Shown here one piece after another: positions 10,101-18,797 of a DNA stretch of 64,000 nucleotides (positions are counted from its first letter, which is position 1; each line of letters opens with the position of its first letter). Both the position numbers and the translations under genes were made by a program. The stretch is from Akkermansiaceae bacterium (GTDB taxonomy: Bacteria; Verrucomicrobiota; Verrucomicrobiia; Verrucomicrobiales; Akkermansiaceae): contig JBPOGF010000015.1 of the NCBI GenBank assembly GCA_051251915.1, positions 1 through 64,000 of the forward strand, read 5' to 3'. A model generated the notes under the pieces. That model searched no databases. It was not told the origin of the DNA and was given only the letters and a program-made list of their open reading frames with translations.

Positions 10101-10457
10101 TTAGTCGATGCGTATTGATTTGATGTAGTTCGTGAGTTGAGATTTCACTTTGCGTCCTAGATTAGATGTTGCAGTTGTTTCTGCATAACCTAGCTCTTCT
10201 GCTAAATATAGTTGGTAATCTGTTTCGGCTAGTGACCCTTCTGCTATGTTATAAAATCTTACTTTTTCTTTTGCTGTCCATCGAGAAAACCCTTCCGCTA
10301 TATTAGAAGGGACGCTGACCGCCGCTCTTCTAAGCTGGGAAGTAAGGCCAAACAATTCATCCTTAGGGAAAAGTTTTGTAAGTGCATAGACTTCCATGGT
10401 AAACGCATGAGCGTTTTGCCAAACTTGTAAATCTCTGTATGTTTTTGCCGGTTCCAA
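10101..10457 (-). CDS. four helix bundle protein (23S rRNA intervening sequence protein / TIGR02436-like)
   Basis: YRDLQVWQ, FPKDELFGLTSQLRRAAVSVPSNIAEG, IAEGSLAE; TTG start. Confidence 0.95.
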   Translation of the reverse strand: MEPAKTYRDLQVWQNAHAFTMEVYALTKLFPKDELFGLTSQLRRAAVSVPSNIAEGFSRWTAKEKVRFYNIAEGSLAETDYQLYLAEELGYAETTATSNLGRKVKSQLTNYIKSIRID

Positions 10458-10479
10458 ATTAGTTAAGTTGTATTTTAGT

Positions 10480-10500
10480 GCTTCCTGCTTCTCGCTTCCT
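10480..10500. repeat. three tandem heptamers (GCTTCCT GCTTCTC GCTTCCT), right flank, inverted relative to the left
   Basis: Read directly. Confidence 0.8.
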
Positions 10501-10511
10501 ACTACGGAAGT

Positions 10512-11906
10512 TTACTTCTCTAGATACATTTCGCGTTGGAGTTGTTCTTTGGAGAGGCGTTCGTTGTCTTCGCTGGTTTCTGCGGTGAGTTCACCTCGGA
10601 ATTTGGCGATGATTGCTTCTACAGGCCATGATGATGCTTCACCGAAGGCGCAGACTGTTTTGCCGTCGATTTGGTAAGCTACTTCTTCGAGAGTCTTGAT
10701 GTCTTCTGGTGATGCGTGTCCTGAAACGATGCGATCAGAAATTTTCTTCATCCAGGTGGATCCTTCACGGCATGGAGTGCATTGTCCGCAGGACTCGTGT
10801 GCGTAGAAGTGGTTGATGTTGTTGAGGACCCATGACATTTTACGTGAATTATCTAATACGATGACTCCACCTGAACCAGCCATAGAACCGCAGGCTGCGA
10901 GGGTGTCGAAGTCGAGTTGGATGTCCCAGAAGTCTAGGTCTTTGGCATCGTCGCCTCTGCCAATTTTGAAAGTTTCGTCACAGCGGAGAATCTTAGATGA
11001 TGATCCGCCTGGTATGACGGCTTTGAATTCTTTGCCGTCTTTTGGGCCGCCGCAAACGTCGTAGAGGAGCTCGCGCATGGTCATTTTACCCACTTGGATT
11101 TCGAAGTATCCAGGGTTTTTGACATCGCCAGATACGCAGAGGATACGTGTTCCGGTGTTTCTGTCTACTCCGAGCTTGGCGTATTCTTCACCACCCATTT
11201 CGATGATGTGTTTGACGTGGCAGAGTGATTCTACGTTATTTACGATGGTAGGAGCCATGTAAAGGCCAAGGGCAGCAGGGAAGTATGGAGGCTTGATGCG
11301 CGGGTATGGGCGTTTGCCTTCGAGTGACTCGATGAGGCCAGTTTCTTCACCACAAATGTAGGCAGCAGCTCCGCGGTGAACCCAGATTTCTAGGTCGAAT
11401 CCAGAGCCTAGAATGTTTTTACCAACGAATCCTTTTTCCCTGGCTTCTTCGATAGCTTTTTCCATGATGATGGCGGCCTCTGGAAATTCTTCACGCATGT
11501 AGATGAAGGCGGTGTGAGCACCTACAGCAAAGGCAGAGATGACCATGCCTTCGATGAGCTGGTGTGGATCTTGGTGGACGATATATCTGTCCTTAAATGT
11601 TCCAGGCTCAGATTCATCGCAGTTGCAGATGAGGTAGACTGGCTTGGTGTTTCCTGGCGGGATGAATCCCCATTTCACACCGGTAGGGAAGCCAGCTCCA
11701 CCACGACCACGGAGGCCGGATGCTTTGACTTCATTGGTGATATTCACAGGCTCCATTGTAATCGCTTTTTTTAGCTGATCATATCCGCCATCTGCCATGT
11801 AGCAGTCGATAGACGGGTTCCAGCCTTCACGGTCGATGTTCTTGAAGATGAGGCGGTGCTCGCGTGGATGCGGCTCTTTACCTGGAAGATATTTGATGTC
11901 GCTCAT
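10512..11906 (-). CDS. nuoF: NADH-quinone oxidoreductase subunit F
   Basis: SGLRGRGGAGFPTG.KW, DESEPGTFKDR, YICGEETGL, HESCGQCTPCREG. Confidence 0.98.
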   Translation of the reverse strand: MSDIKYLPGKEPHPREHRLIFKNIDREGWNPSIDCYMADGGYDQLKKAITMEPVNITNEVKASGLRGRGGAGFPTGVKWGFIPPGNTKPVYLICNCDESEPGTFKDRYIVHQDPHQLIEGMVISAFAVGAHTAFIYMREEFPEAAIIMEKAIEEAREKGFVGKNILGSGFDLEIWVHRGAAAYICGEETGLIESLEGKRPYPRIKPPYFPAALGLYMAPTIVNNVESLCHVKHIIEMGGEEYAKLGVDRNTGTRILCVSGDVKNPGYFEIQVGKMTMRELLYDVCGGPKDGKEFKAVIPGGSSSKILRCDETFKIGRGDDAKDLDFWDIQLDFDTLAACGSMAGSGGVIVLDNSRKMSWVLNNINHFYAHESCGQCTPCREGSTWMKKISDRIVSGHASPEDIKTLEEVAYQIDGKTVCAFGEASSWPVEAIIAKFRGELTAETSEDNERLSKEQLQREMYLEK

Positions 11907-11912
11907 GGTTGA

Positions 11913-12473
11913 TTATGGCTGGTATTTGTTGATGAGATCCTGAGCGTTTTCAGGTTTGATGTTTTCGTGGAAGTCATCATTCACGAGGCAGACAGGAGCT
12001 GAGCCACATGAAGCGAGACATTCGGCGAATTCTACTGAGTAGTTTCCGCAAGGGGAGACTACAATAGGGTGATGATGAGAGAGCTGGGAGCGATCGATGT
12101 TGGTGATTTCACAGATCTGATCCATTAGTTCGTAAGATCCGGCCATGGCGCATGATAGTGTGCGGCATACGCGGTAATGAAATTTACCTGGTGCAGACTG
12201 ACGGAATCCTGGGTAGAAGGTGACTACTGAAACGACTTTCATCGGCTCGATCTCTAACTTTTCAGCAATCCACGTGATGGCTTCTTTTGAAACGAATCCG
12301 TGTTTATGCTGAACGATGTGGATGAGTGGTAATACTGCTGAGAGCTTGCTCTCTGGGTAATGAGTAATACGCTCATCAGCGAGTGCAATGATGTCATCGC
12401 TCGCAGCAAATGGCGGAAAGTGTTGTTCGCCAGGGGTAACTGGTGAAGCTACGTTGTTTTCTAAAGTATTCAT
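11913..12473 (-). CDS. nuoE: NADH-quinone oxidoreductase subunit E
   Basis: VTFY, CRTLSC and ECLASC 2Fe-2S ligands. Confidence 0.96.
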   Translation of the reverse strand: MNTLENNVASPVTPGEQHFPPFAASDDIIALADERITHYPESKLSAVLPLIHIVQHKHGFVSKEAITWIAEKLEIEPMKVVSVVTFYPGFRQSAPGKFHYRVCRTLSCAMAGSYELMDQICEITNIDRSQLSHHHPIVVSPCGNYSVEFAECLASCGSAPVCLVNDDFHENIKPENAQDLINKYQP

Positions 12474-12495
12474 TTTAGTAGTAAATAATAGAGGA

Positions 12496-13752
12496 TTATC
12501 GATCGCATTCGCCCATGACGAAGTCTAGTGATCCTAGGATAGCTGGGACGTCTGAGACCATGGTGCCTTTGAGTAGCTCAGAGCAGATGGACAGGTTAAC
12601 GAAGGATGGGCTTCGGATCTTGAGGCGGTGCGGGACTCCGCCTCCTTTTGAGTGAATGTAGAATCCGAGTTCGCCTTTCGGGTTTTCATGACCAAAGTAA
12701 ACTTCGCCTTTCGGGGCATCGATGCCCTGAGTGGAGACGATAAAGTGGTGGATGAGTTCCTCCATGGACATAAGAACGCGTTCCTTTGCTGGGAGAGTGC
12801 TCTTAGGGTCAACGATGTTGACTGGTCCTTCTGGTAGGGTGTCTAATACTTGCTCGATGATGCGTATAGACTGTCTCATTTCTTCCATGCGGATCTGATA
12901 ACGCGCGTAGCAATCTCCTTCTTCCGCTACGGGGACGTCAAAGTCATATTTCTCGTAGCCTAGATATGGAGAGTCTTTTCTGAGATCTCGTTCTACACCT
13001 GATGCACGGAGGTTAGGGCCAGTCATTCCGTATGAGATGGCATCTTCTTTAGAGATGGTGCCGACGTCGCACATGCGCTTGATGAAAATTTTATTCTTAT
13101 CTAGGAGGGCTGCGATTTCTTCGATTTGCTCGGAGCATTCTTTAAGGAATGTTCTTACGCGGGCATCGAAGCCTTCTGGAAGGTCACGAATTTGTCCACC
13201 GATTCTAGTATAAGAAGTGGTGAAGCGAGCACCTGTTAGTTGCTCACAGAGGTTGTAGATTTTTTCACGCTCATTGAATGTGTAGAGGAAAACGGTCATG
13301 GCTCCAACATCCATGGCGCAGACGCCGACTCCAAGCATGTGTGAGGAAATACGAGCGAGTTCGCAAGCGAGGACGCGCACTGCTTGTCCGCGAGGTGGCA
13401 ATTCCCAGCCCATGAGTTTCTCTACTGCACAGGCGTAAGCTACGTTGTTAGCAAGTGGTGCTAGATAATCAAGGCGGTCAGTGTATGGGATGAACTGATT
13501 GTAGTGCATGTTCTCTGCAATCTTTTCATCACCACGATGAAGGAAGCCTATGTCGGGATCTGCCTTTGTGATTACTTCTCCATCTAATTCAAGGATTAGG
13601 CGAAGGACACCATGGGTCGCTGGGTGAGATGGACCCATGTTGAGCACCATTTTATCGCCCATGAGGTCAGTGGTTTCAGCCTGATAGTCGTCTGCGAAAT
13701 CCGCAGCTTTCTTTGCATTATCAGGGGCTTGGTAGTCAGTAGTCGTCTTCAT
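12496..13752 (-). CDS. nuoD: NADH-quinone oxidoreductase subunit D
   Basis: NMGPSHPATHGVLRL, IGFLHRG.EK, DRLDY, DFVMGECDR; ATG at 13752 preferred over TTG at 13812. Confidence 0.97.
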   Translation of the reverse strand: MKTTTDYQAPDNAKKAADFADDYQAETTDLMGDKMVLNMGPSHPATHGVLRLILELDGEVITKADPDIGFLHRGDEKIAENMHYNQFIPYTDRLDYLAPLANNVAYACAVEKLMGWELPPRGQAVRVLACELARISSHMLGVGVCAMDVGAMTVFLYTFNEREKIYNLCEQLTGARFTTSYTRIGGQIRDLPEGFDARVRTFLKECSEQIEEIAALLDKNKIFIKRMCDVGTISKEDAISYGMTGPNLRASGVERDLRKDSPYLGYEKYDFDVPVAEEGDCYARYQIRMEEMRQSIRIIEQVLDTLPEGPVNIVDPKSTLPAKERVLMSMEELIHHFIVSTQGIDAPKGEVYFGHENPKGELGFYIHSKGGGVPHRLKIRSPSFVNLSICSELLKGTMVSDVPAILGSLDFVMGECDR

Positions 13753-13834
13753 AGATGAAAAGTTTAGGCAAGTTAGAGATTTCCCAATATCTCGCCACAC
13801 GTAGTGAGCCAAATTTCGGCGGATAGGTCAAGGA

Positions 13835-13856
13835 GCTTGTGAAAAATTTCACAAGC
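13835..13856. promoter_or_regulatory. palindromic operator GC-TTGTGAA-AAAT-TTCACAA-GC (Rex/CRP-type) upstream of the nuoD operon
   Basis: Exact match to TTGTGAA-N4-TTCACAA at 13837-13854, just upstream of a minus-strand TTGACC -35-like hexamer (13826-13831). Confidence 0.75.
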
Positions 13857-14014
13857 ATGAAATTTCTTTCATGAGAAGAAGTAAAATGATGTTGTGATGA
13901 GTCGATTTTTGATCAGATCTTTCGGTTTGTTTGGTGGACTTCACAAATATACTGAAATTCAGTGAAAACTGGGGTTGCCGTTGACTTGAATTTATGTATT
14001 GTCGGCAGATCAAT

Positions 14015-15481
14015 ATGAGCGAATCATCTTCAGATAATCAATCCTCCTTAGACCTTAGTGGTTTGGATTTTGGACCAGCATGGGCACGGAAGGGTGCTAA
14101 GGGCGACAAGCCTGCTAAGCAATATAAAGAACACAAAGGCGAGCGTCCCCAGCAGGGAGCACGTGGGGGTAACCCTGCGGACAGACGTAAGCCACGCCAA
14201 GGCGGACGACCATCTGCTGCTGGTGGTGGGAAACGAGAGTTCAAGCCTAGGCAGAACGACTCAAGAGAGCGTAAACCTCGCCGGGTGTTTGTGCCTGCTG
14301 CAGAAGGTATTTCAGCGAGTATCATGCCCATTGAAGAAGGTGTTGATAATTTGGTGAAAGAGATCTCAGCTTCAGGCAGAACGTATTCTGTATTTGATCT
14401 AGCCCGTGTGGTTCTAGGAGCGAGAGATAGGTTCCATATAGTTTTTAAAAGTGCTGAGAAGGGACCTGAGTTATACCAATCAAAACATGATAATTCTGTA
14501 TTCCTCACGAAAGAAGAATGTCTGGCTTACACAGGAAGTGAAGACAGTGCAAAATGGCTAAGTGAAATCTATAAAGCAGAAGTGTTAGAGGTGGAAGCTC
14601 CAGCGGGTGATTTCAAAAACATTGCGAAATGTGGGATCAGCGGTGAGCTGCTTGGGCCTACAAACTTTCATGGTTATCAGGATCGTGTGTTAGAGCTACA
14701 CAGAACAAAATTTAGCCACTTCACGCTAGAGAACTACAAGAAACGTATTGTCACTGAAAGTGGTGATGATGCGGTGAATCTCTGGAAGGAAAGCATGACA
14801 AAGCGCACGGTCTACAAGCTCGTTAGCGATGAGACTGTGGTATTTGACAGCAAGACTGCCATGCTTCAGCACTTTGCTACCTCTGAGTTTAGCAAGAGTT
14901 TCCACAAGACTAATAAGGCGCAGGTTCCTTCTGAAATAGAAGCGAAGAAGCTTTCTCCTGGTCTTTTGACTAGTCTCAAAGAGGCGATTCAAGAGCAACG
15001 TCGATATCCGGGAGATCTTTCATCGTTCCTATGTCGTCAGCTTTCTGGTCGTCAACTTGCGGTGTTTAAATGGCAAGGGAAACTGCATTGTGGACCATCT
15101 AGGCCCCACATGCTTCCGGATGATCTCAATATGGCAGATCGCCCCAAAGCGATTTATCAATGGGCTAAAGATAATTCTGGATCTGGAATTGATTCGCTTT
15201 GGAAAAGTGTTTGTCCGGCAGACATTGATGACAAAGCTAAGTTTGAGTGGTATCACGATCTGCATTGGTTGATCAATGAAGGCTATGTCATTTTCATGAA
15301 CAACGGCTTGCTTTTCCCTTCATCTGCTTCCAAAAAGCCGGCAGCTAAACAAGCTAAGCAAAAGTCTGCGAAGAAAGCAGCTACACCTGAGAGTAAAAAG
15401 CCTGTTGAGAAAAAAGAGGAGACTACGGAAAAGGTAGCTGAAACTAAAGAAGAAAAGGTAGAAGACAAACCTGCGGAATAA
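14015..15481 (+). CDS. hypothetical protein with low-complexity basic N-terminus and Lys/Glu-rich tail
   Basis: Long ORF with a globular-looking core; start uncertain (13994 or 14015). Confidence 0.85.
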   Translation: MSESSSDNQSSLDLSGLDFGPAWARKGAKGDKPAKQYKEHKGERPQQGARGGNPADRRKPRQGGRPSAAGGGKREFKPRQNDSRERKPRRVFVPAAEGISASIMPIEEGVDNLVKEISASGRTYSVFDLARVVLGARDRFHIVFKSAEKGPELYQSKHDNSVFLTKEECLAYTGSEDSAKWLSEIYKAEVLEVEAPAGDFKNIAKCGISGELLGPTNFHGYQDRVLELHRTKFSHFTLENYKKRIVTESGDDAVNLWKESMTKRTVYKLVSDETVVFDSKTAMLQHFATSEFSKSFHKTNKAQVPSEIEAKKLSPGLLTSLKEAIQEQRRYPGDLSSFLCRQLSGRQLAVFKWQGKLHCGPSRPHMLPDDLNMADRPKAIYQWAKDNSGSGIDSLWKSVCPADIDDKAKFEWYHDLHWLINEGYVIFMNNGLLFPSSASKKPAAKQAKQKSAKKAATPESKKPVEKKEETTEKVAETKEEKVEDKPAE

Positions 15482-15493
15482 TAGCGTTCTCGT

Positions 15494-15814
15494 ATGGAAA
15501 TACTCATAGGTATTAATGTATTAATTATCGTCATTGCGTTTTTTGCCTCTGGTAAATTCGCAGGGTTGGCGATAGCGAAAGGTTATCCATCAGACAGGGC
15601 TAAAAAATATCCTTACTTTGTAGCGGCTGGTGCGTTCTTTCTTAATATTTTAGGGCAGACCATACTGAGCTTTGTCAGTCAGGCTATGATGACTTTGTTG
15701 TTCTATTGTTGGAGTGGCTTCATAGTTATGGTCATGATTGCGATCTTGGTGAAAGCATACAAGAACATGAAATTAGCGCCTGACGCAAAAACTGTTAAAT
15801 CGAAAAAATCATGA
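15494..15814 (+). CDS. hypothetical membrane protein (about 3 TM)
   Basis: Hydrophobic 106-aa ORF overlapping the ruvA start (ATGA). Confidence 0.75.
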   Translation: MEILIGINVLIIVIAFFASGKFAGLAIAKGYPSDRAKKYPYFVAAGAFFLNILGQTILSFVSQAMMTLLFYCWSGFIVMVMIAILVKAYKNMKLAPDAKTVKSKKS

Positions 15815-16407
15815 TAGCGAGATTGAGAGGAAATATACTAGAATCATTGCCTAACAGGCTTGTCATCGATGTGAATGGTGTTGGCTATCTAGTGAGTATA
15901 CCGTTATCGACTTATGATAAACTGAACCCACAGAAAGGTGATAAGGTTGACATTCATACTCACATGCACGTGCGTGAGACAGCTCATACATTGTATGGTT
16001 TTGCTACTGACGAGGAAAAGGAGCTTTTCTTGTTGCTTATAGATAGAGTAAGCGGAATAGGTCCAGCTATTGCTATGGCTGTGCTGAGTGGGATGCCTGT
16101 GGATCACTTTAAGGCCTGCGTGGTGAATAATGAGGTGGCGGCACTTTCTAAGATTAAGGGCTTAGGTAAAAAGGGAGTGGAGCGTATTATCTTGGAGCTT
16201 AAAGATAAGATTGGTGTTACTGAATCATGGAAAAACGCTAATGTGGAGGGTGTTTCTTCAGCGGTTAGCGATACTGAACTTGCGTTGATTAGCTTAGGCT
16301 ATAAACAAGTTGAAGCTCGGAAGGCTGTGAAAGCTGCTGCTGATGCAGATAAGAACGCAGGGACAGATGAATTGCTGAGAGCCGCTCTAAGACTCTTGAA
16401 CTCTTAG
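15811..16407 (+). CDS. ruvA: Holliday junction branch migration protein RuvA
   Basis: MIARLRG, DVNGVGY, LYGF, VSGIGP, IKGLGKKGVERIILELKDK, ALISLGY. Confidence 0.97.
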   Translation: MIARLRGNILESLPNRLVIDVNGVGYLVSIPLSTYDKLNPQKGDKVDIHTHMHVRETAHTLYGFATDEEKELFLLLIDRVSGIGPAIAMAVLSGMPVDHFKACVVNNEVAALSKIKGLGKKGVERIILELKDKIGVTESWKNANVEGVSSAVSDTELALISLGYKQVEARKAVKAAADADKNAGTDELLRAALRLLNS

Positions 16408-16421
16408 AGAGTTCAAGAGTC
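16391..16421. terminator. perfect 14-bp hairpin whose 3-nt loop is the ruvA stop codon; possible bidirectional terminator
   Basis: GACTCTTGAACTCT-TAG-AGAGTTCAAGAGTC between convergent genes; no U tract. Confidence 0.55.
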
Positions 16422-16458
16422 ACTACTCATTAATTATTTAGGCAGTAATCGCCGCGTT

Positions 16459-16866
16459 CTAGCATCCTTTACGGTCGTCTAGTGAGAGTTCGTTGTATTT
16501 TTCTCTTAGTGCTAGTAGGACGGTGATGTAGGCTAGGTAGACCATTTGTGAGCCTGCCGTGGCCCAGTTTTCTAACATGCAGGTGCCGAAAATCAGTGAG
16601 ATCATGACTAGGGCTGATGCTATGAATGCTTTGCGTGTGAATAGGCCTAGGATCATGAGAATACCTAGAATGAGTTCAATGATGGGGAGACCGTAGGCGT
16701 ATGGCTTGACGAGGGCTGAGGGGAGGATTGTTTTCTCAAAATTTCCAGTCATGTAATTAGCGAAGCCTTCTAGCTTCGGTAAGCGGACGAGGCCGTGGAC
16801 TGCGAAGTTTACGCCCATACCAATACGGGCGAGAGTGTAGGCGATTGTTTGATCGGATGCTTTCAT
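16459..16866 (-). CDS. DoxX family membrane protein
   Basis: ARIGMG.NF..HG..RL and ELILGILMILGLFTR; about 4 TM. Confidence 0.85.
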   Translation of the reverse strand: MKASDQTIAYTLARIGMGVNFAVHGLVRLPKLEGFANYMTGNFEKTILPSALVKPYAYGLPIIELILGILMILGLFTRKAFIASALVMISLIFGTCMLENWATAGSQMVYLAYITVLLALREKYNELSLDDRKGC

Positions 16867-16899
16867 GATGATGTGAATAGTTTTGAAGATGGGTGTAGG

Positions 16900-17832
16900 T
16901 TAATCTTTTGATGCTTTAGGATCTAGAGCGTCACGTAGTCCGTCGCCGAGGAAGTTTAGGCAGAGTAGGGTGACGGCGAAGACGATGGAGGGAAAGATTA
17001 GAAGTAAGGGTTTTGTTTCCATGTAGTTCGCACCTTCGTTGAGCATGATTCCCCACGAGCTATTGGGAGGCTGGACACCTACTCCAAGGAAGGAAAGGGT
17101 TGCTTCTGTAAGGATGAACCCTGGGATCGTCAGGGTAGTGTAGACGATAATGGGGCCTAGTAGATTTGGGAGGATTTGCTTGAATAGGATGTTTTTGTGA
17201 GTGAGGCCTAATGATACAGCTGCTTCAACGTATTCTAATTTCTTGGTAGAGAGGACCTGAGAGCGAACAACGCGTGCCATTGTGTACCAACCTAGGAAGC
17301 CGATGGTGAGGCAGAGGGGTAAGATGTTTACGATCAAGTTGACAAGTGCATCTGAGCCTAATAAATCCAACAATTCAGTTTCGTTTTCCTTGGCTGTGGT
17401 GGAGATGACGATGGAGAAGAGGATGACGAGAATGAGGAAAGGGAGTCCGTAGAGGACATCAACAATACGCATTAGAATAGTATCTAGTTTCCCTCCTTTG
17501 TAGCCTGAGATAGCTCCATAGCTAACGCCGATGATGATGGAGATGAGCGTGGCAATGAGTCCAACTAGAAGGGATACTTGACCACCGCTGAGCACGCGAG
17601 AGAGGAGGTCTCGGCCTAGCTGATCAGTGCCGAGCCAATGTTCAGAGGACGGAGCTGCAAATGAATTAGCAAGGTCAGTGTCTCTTGCAGAATTGATTAA
17701 TGGGGTGGCTGGCAAAATAAAGCAAATAGCGAAGATGAAGACTAGAACCCAGAGGCTAATGAATGCCATGCGGTTCTTTTTGAGTCTAAGCCATGCGTCT
17801 GACCAGAGTGAATTTCCTTGTTCGGTTTTCAT
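16900..17832 (-). CDS. oppC: oligopeptide ABC transporter permease (OppC-type)
   Basis: SLWSDAWLRLKKN, HWLGTDQLGRD, EYVEAA, NFLGDGLRDALDP. Confidence 0.92.
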   Translation of the reverse strand: MKTEQGNSLWSDAWLRLKKNRMAFISLWVLVFIFAICFILPATPLINSARDTDLANSFAAPSSEHWLGTDQLGRDLLSRVLSGGQVSLLVGLIATLISIIIGVSYGAISGYKGGKLDTILMRIVDVLYGLPFLILVILFSIVISTTAKENETELLDLLGSDALVNLIVNILPLCLTIGFLGWYTMARVVRSQVLSTKKLEYVEAAVSLGLTHKNILFKQILPNLLGPIIVYTTLTIPGFILTEATLSFLGVGVQPPNSSWGIMLNEGANYMETKPLLLIFPSIVFAVTLLCLNFLGDGLRDALDPKASKD

Positions 17833-17852
17833 GATGATGAGCTATAAAATTT

Positions 17853-18767
17853 CTATTGAGAACGGAGTCTAGGATTGAGGTAAGTGAGGAGTATGTCCGC
17901 GGCTAGGTTGACCATGACGATGAGGACGCCGAAGAGTAAAACCATGCCCTGGAGCAGGAAATAATCGCGATCTTTAGTGGCGTTTACGAAGTGCTGACCC
18001 ATGCCAGGAACTTGGAAGATGGTTTCCACAACGAACGAACCAGTGATTAGCATGGCGAAGGCTGGGCCTACGAAGGCGATAGCTGGAACCAAGCCACCTT
18101 TAAGTGCGTGCTTGACGATGATACTAGTCTGTGAAACGCCCTTAGCTTGGGCTGTGCGGATGAAGTCCTGTGATAGGACATCAAGCATTCCTGCACGGGT
18201 AATACGCGCCAAATAGGCAGCTGTTCCGAGACCTAGGGTGATGGATGGTAGTATCCAGTCGAATGGGTCACCCCAGCCAGCTACTTTGAGGAACGGAATC
18301 TGAGTGGCGATGAACTTAGCGAATAATGGCCCTATAACAAATGCGGGGATGCTAATGCCTAGCATGGCTAAGAACATTGCGCCGTTATCGATCATGGAGT
18401 TGTGCTTTAAGGCTGCAATAATTCCTGCTGGGATGCCGATGATGATGGCAATAAGCATACCGCAAACACCTAGAACAACTGATACCGGGAAAGATTGACT
18501 AATGATCTTAGAAACGGGTTGTTCTTTCTTAGATGACATACCCATCTCCCCTTTGAATAGATTACCCCAGTAGTGAACATATTGGACTGGTGGGCTCTTA
18601 TCGAGGTGGAAAATTTTCATGTTTTGTTTCCTCACGTGTGGTGACATTTCTTTCTCGTCTGTTAGAGGATCGCCAGGGATCATCCTGATCAGGAAGAAAG
18701 TTAGAGTGAGCAGGCAGGCAATGACGACAATGCCTTGTATGAGTCGGTCGATAATAGTCTTAAGCAT
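17853..18767 (-). CDS. oppB: oligopeptide ABC transporter permease (OppB-type)
   Basis: PGDP, DFIRTAQAKG, VVETIFQVPGMG, LNPRL. Confidence 0.92.
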   Translation of the reverse strand: MLKTIIDRLIQGIVVIACLLTLTFFLIRMIPGDPLTDEKEMSPHVRKQNMKIFHLDKSPPVQYVHYWGNLFKGEMGMSSKKEQPVSKIISQSFPVSVVLGVCGMLIAIIIGIPAGIIAALKHNSMIDNGAMFLAMLGISIPAFVIGPLFAKFIATQIPFLKVAGWGDPFDWILPSITLGLGTAAYLARITRAGMLDVLSQDFIRTAQAKGVSQTSIIVKHALKGGLVPAIAFVGPAFAMLITGSFVVETIFQVPGMGQHFVNATKDRDYFLLQGMVLLFGVLIVMVNLAADILLTYLNPRLRSQ

Positions 18768-18797
18768 GATAAAAGTAGATGGAGTTAGGAACTTGAA

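Noticed and set aside
10101..10457. Diversity-generating retroelement suggested by the Avd-like fold
   Set aside because: No reverse transcriptase or template/variable repeat pair is visible in the window.
496..12837. Many plus-strand ORFs (60-204 aa) antisense to the nuo genes
   Set aside because: Shadow ORFs arising from codon bias of the real genes; no recognisable motifs. The same applies to nested or antisense ORFs elsewhere in the track.
13753..13812. TTG-started N-terminal extension of NuoD
   Set aside because: It overlaps the likely promoter region and the ATG at 13752 gives a normal-length NuoD.
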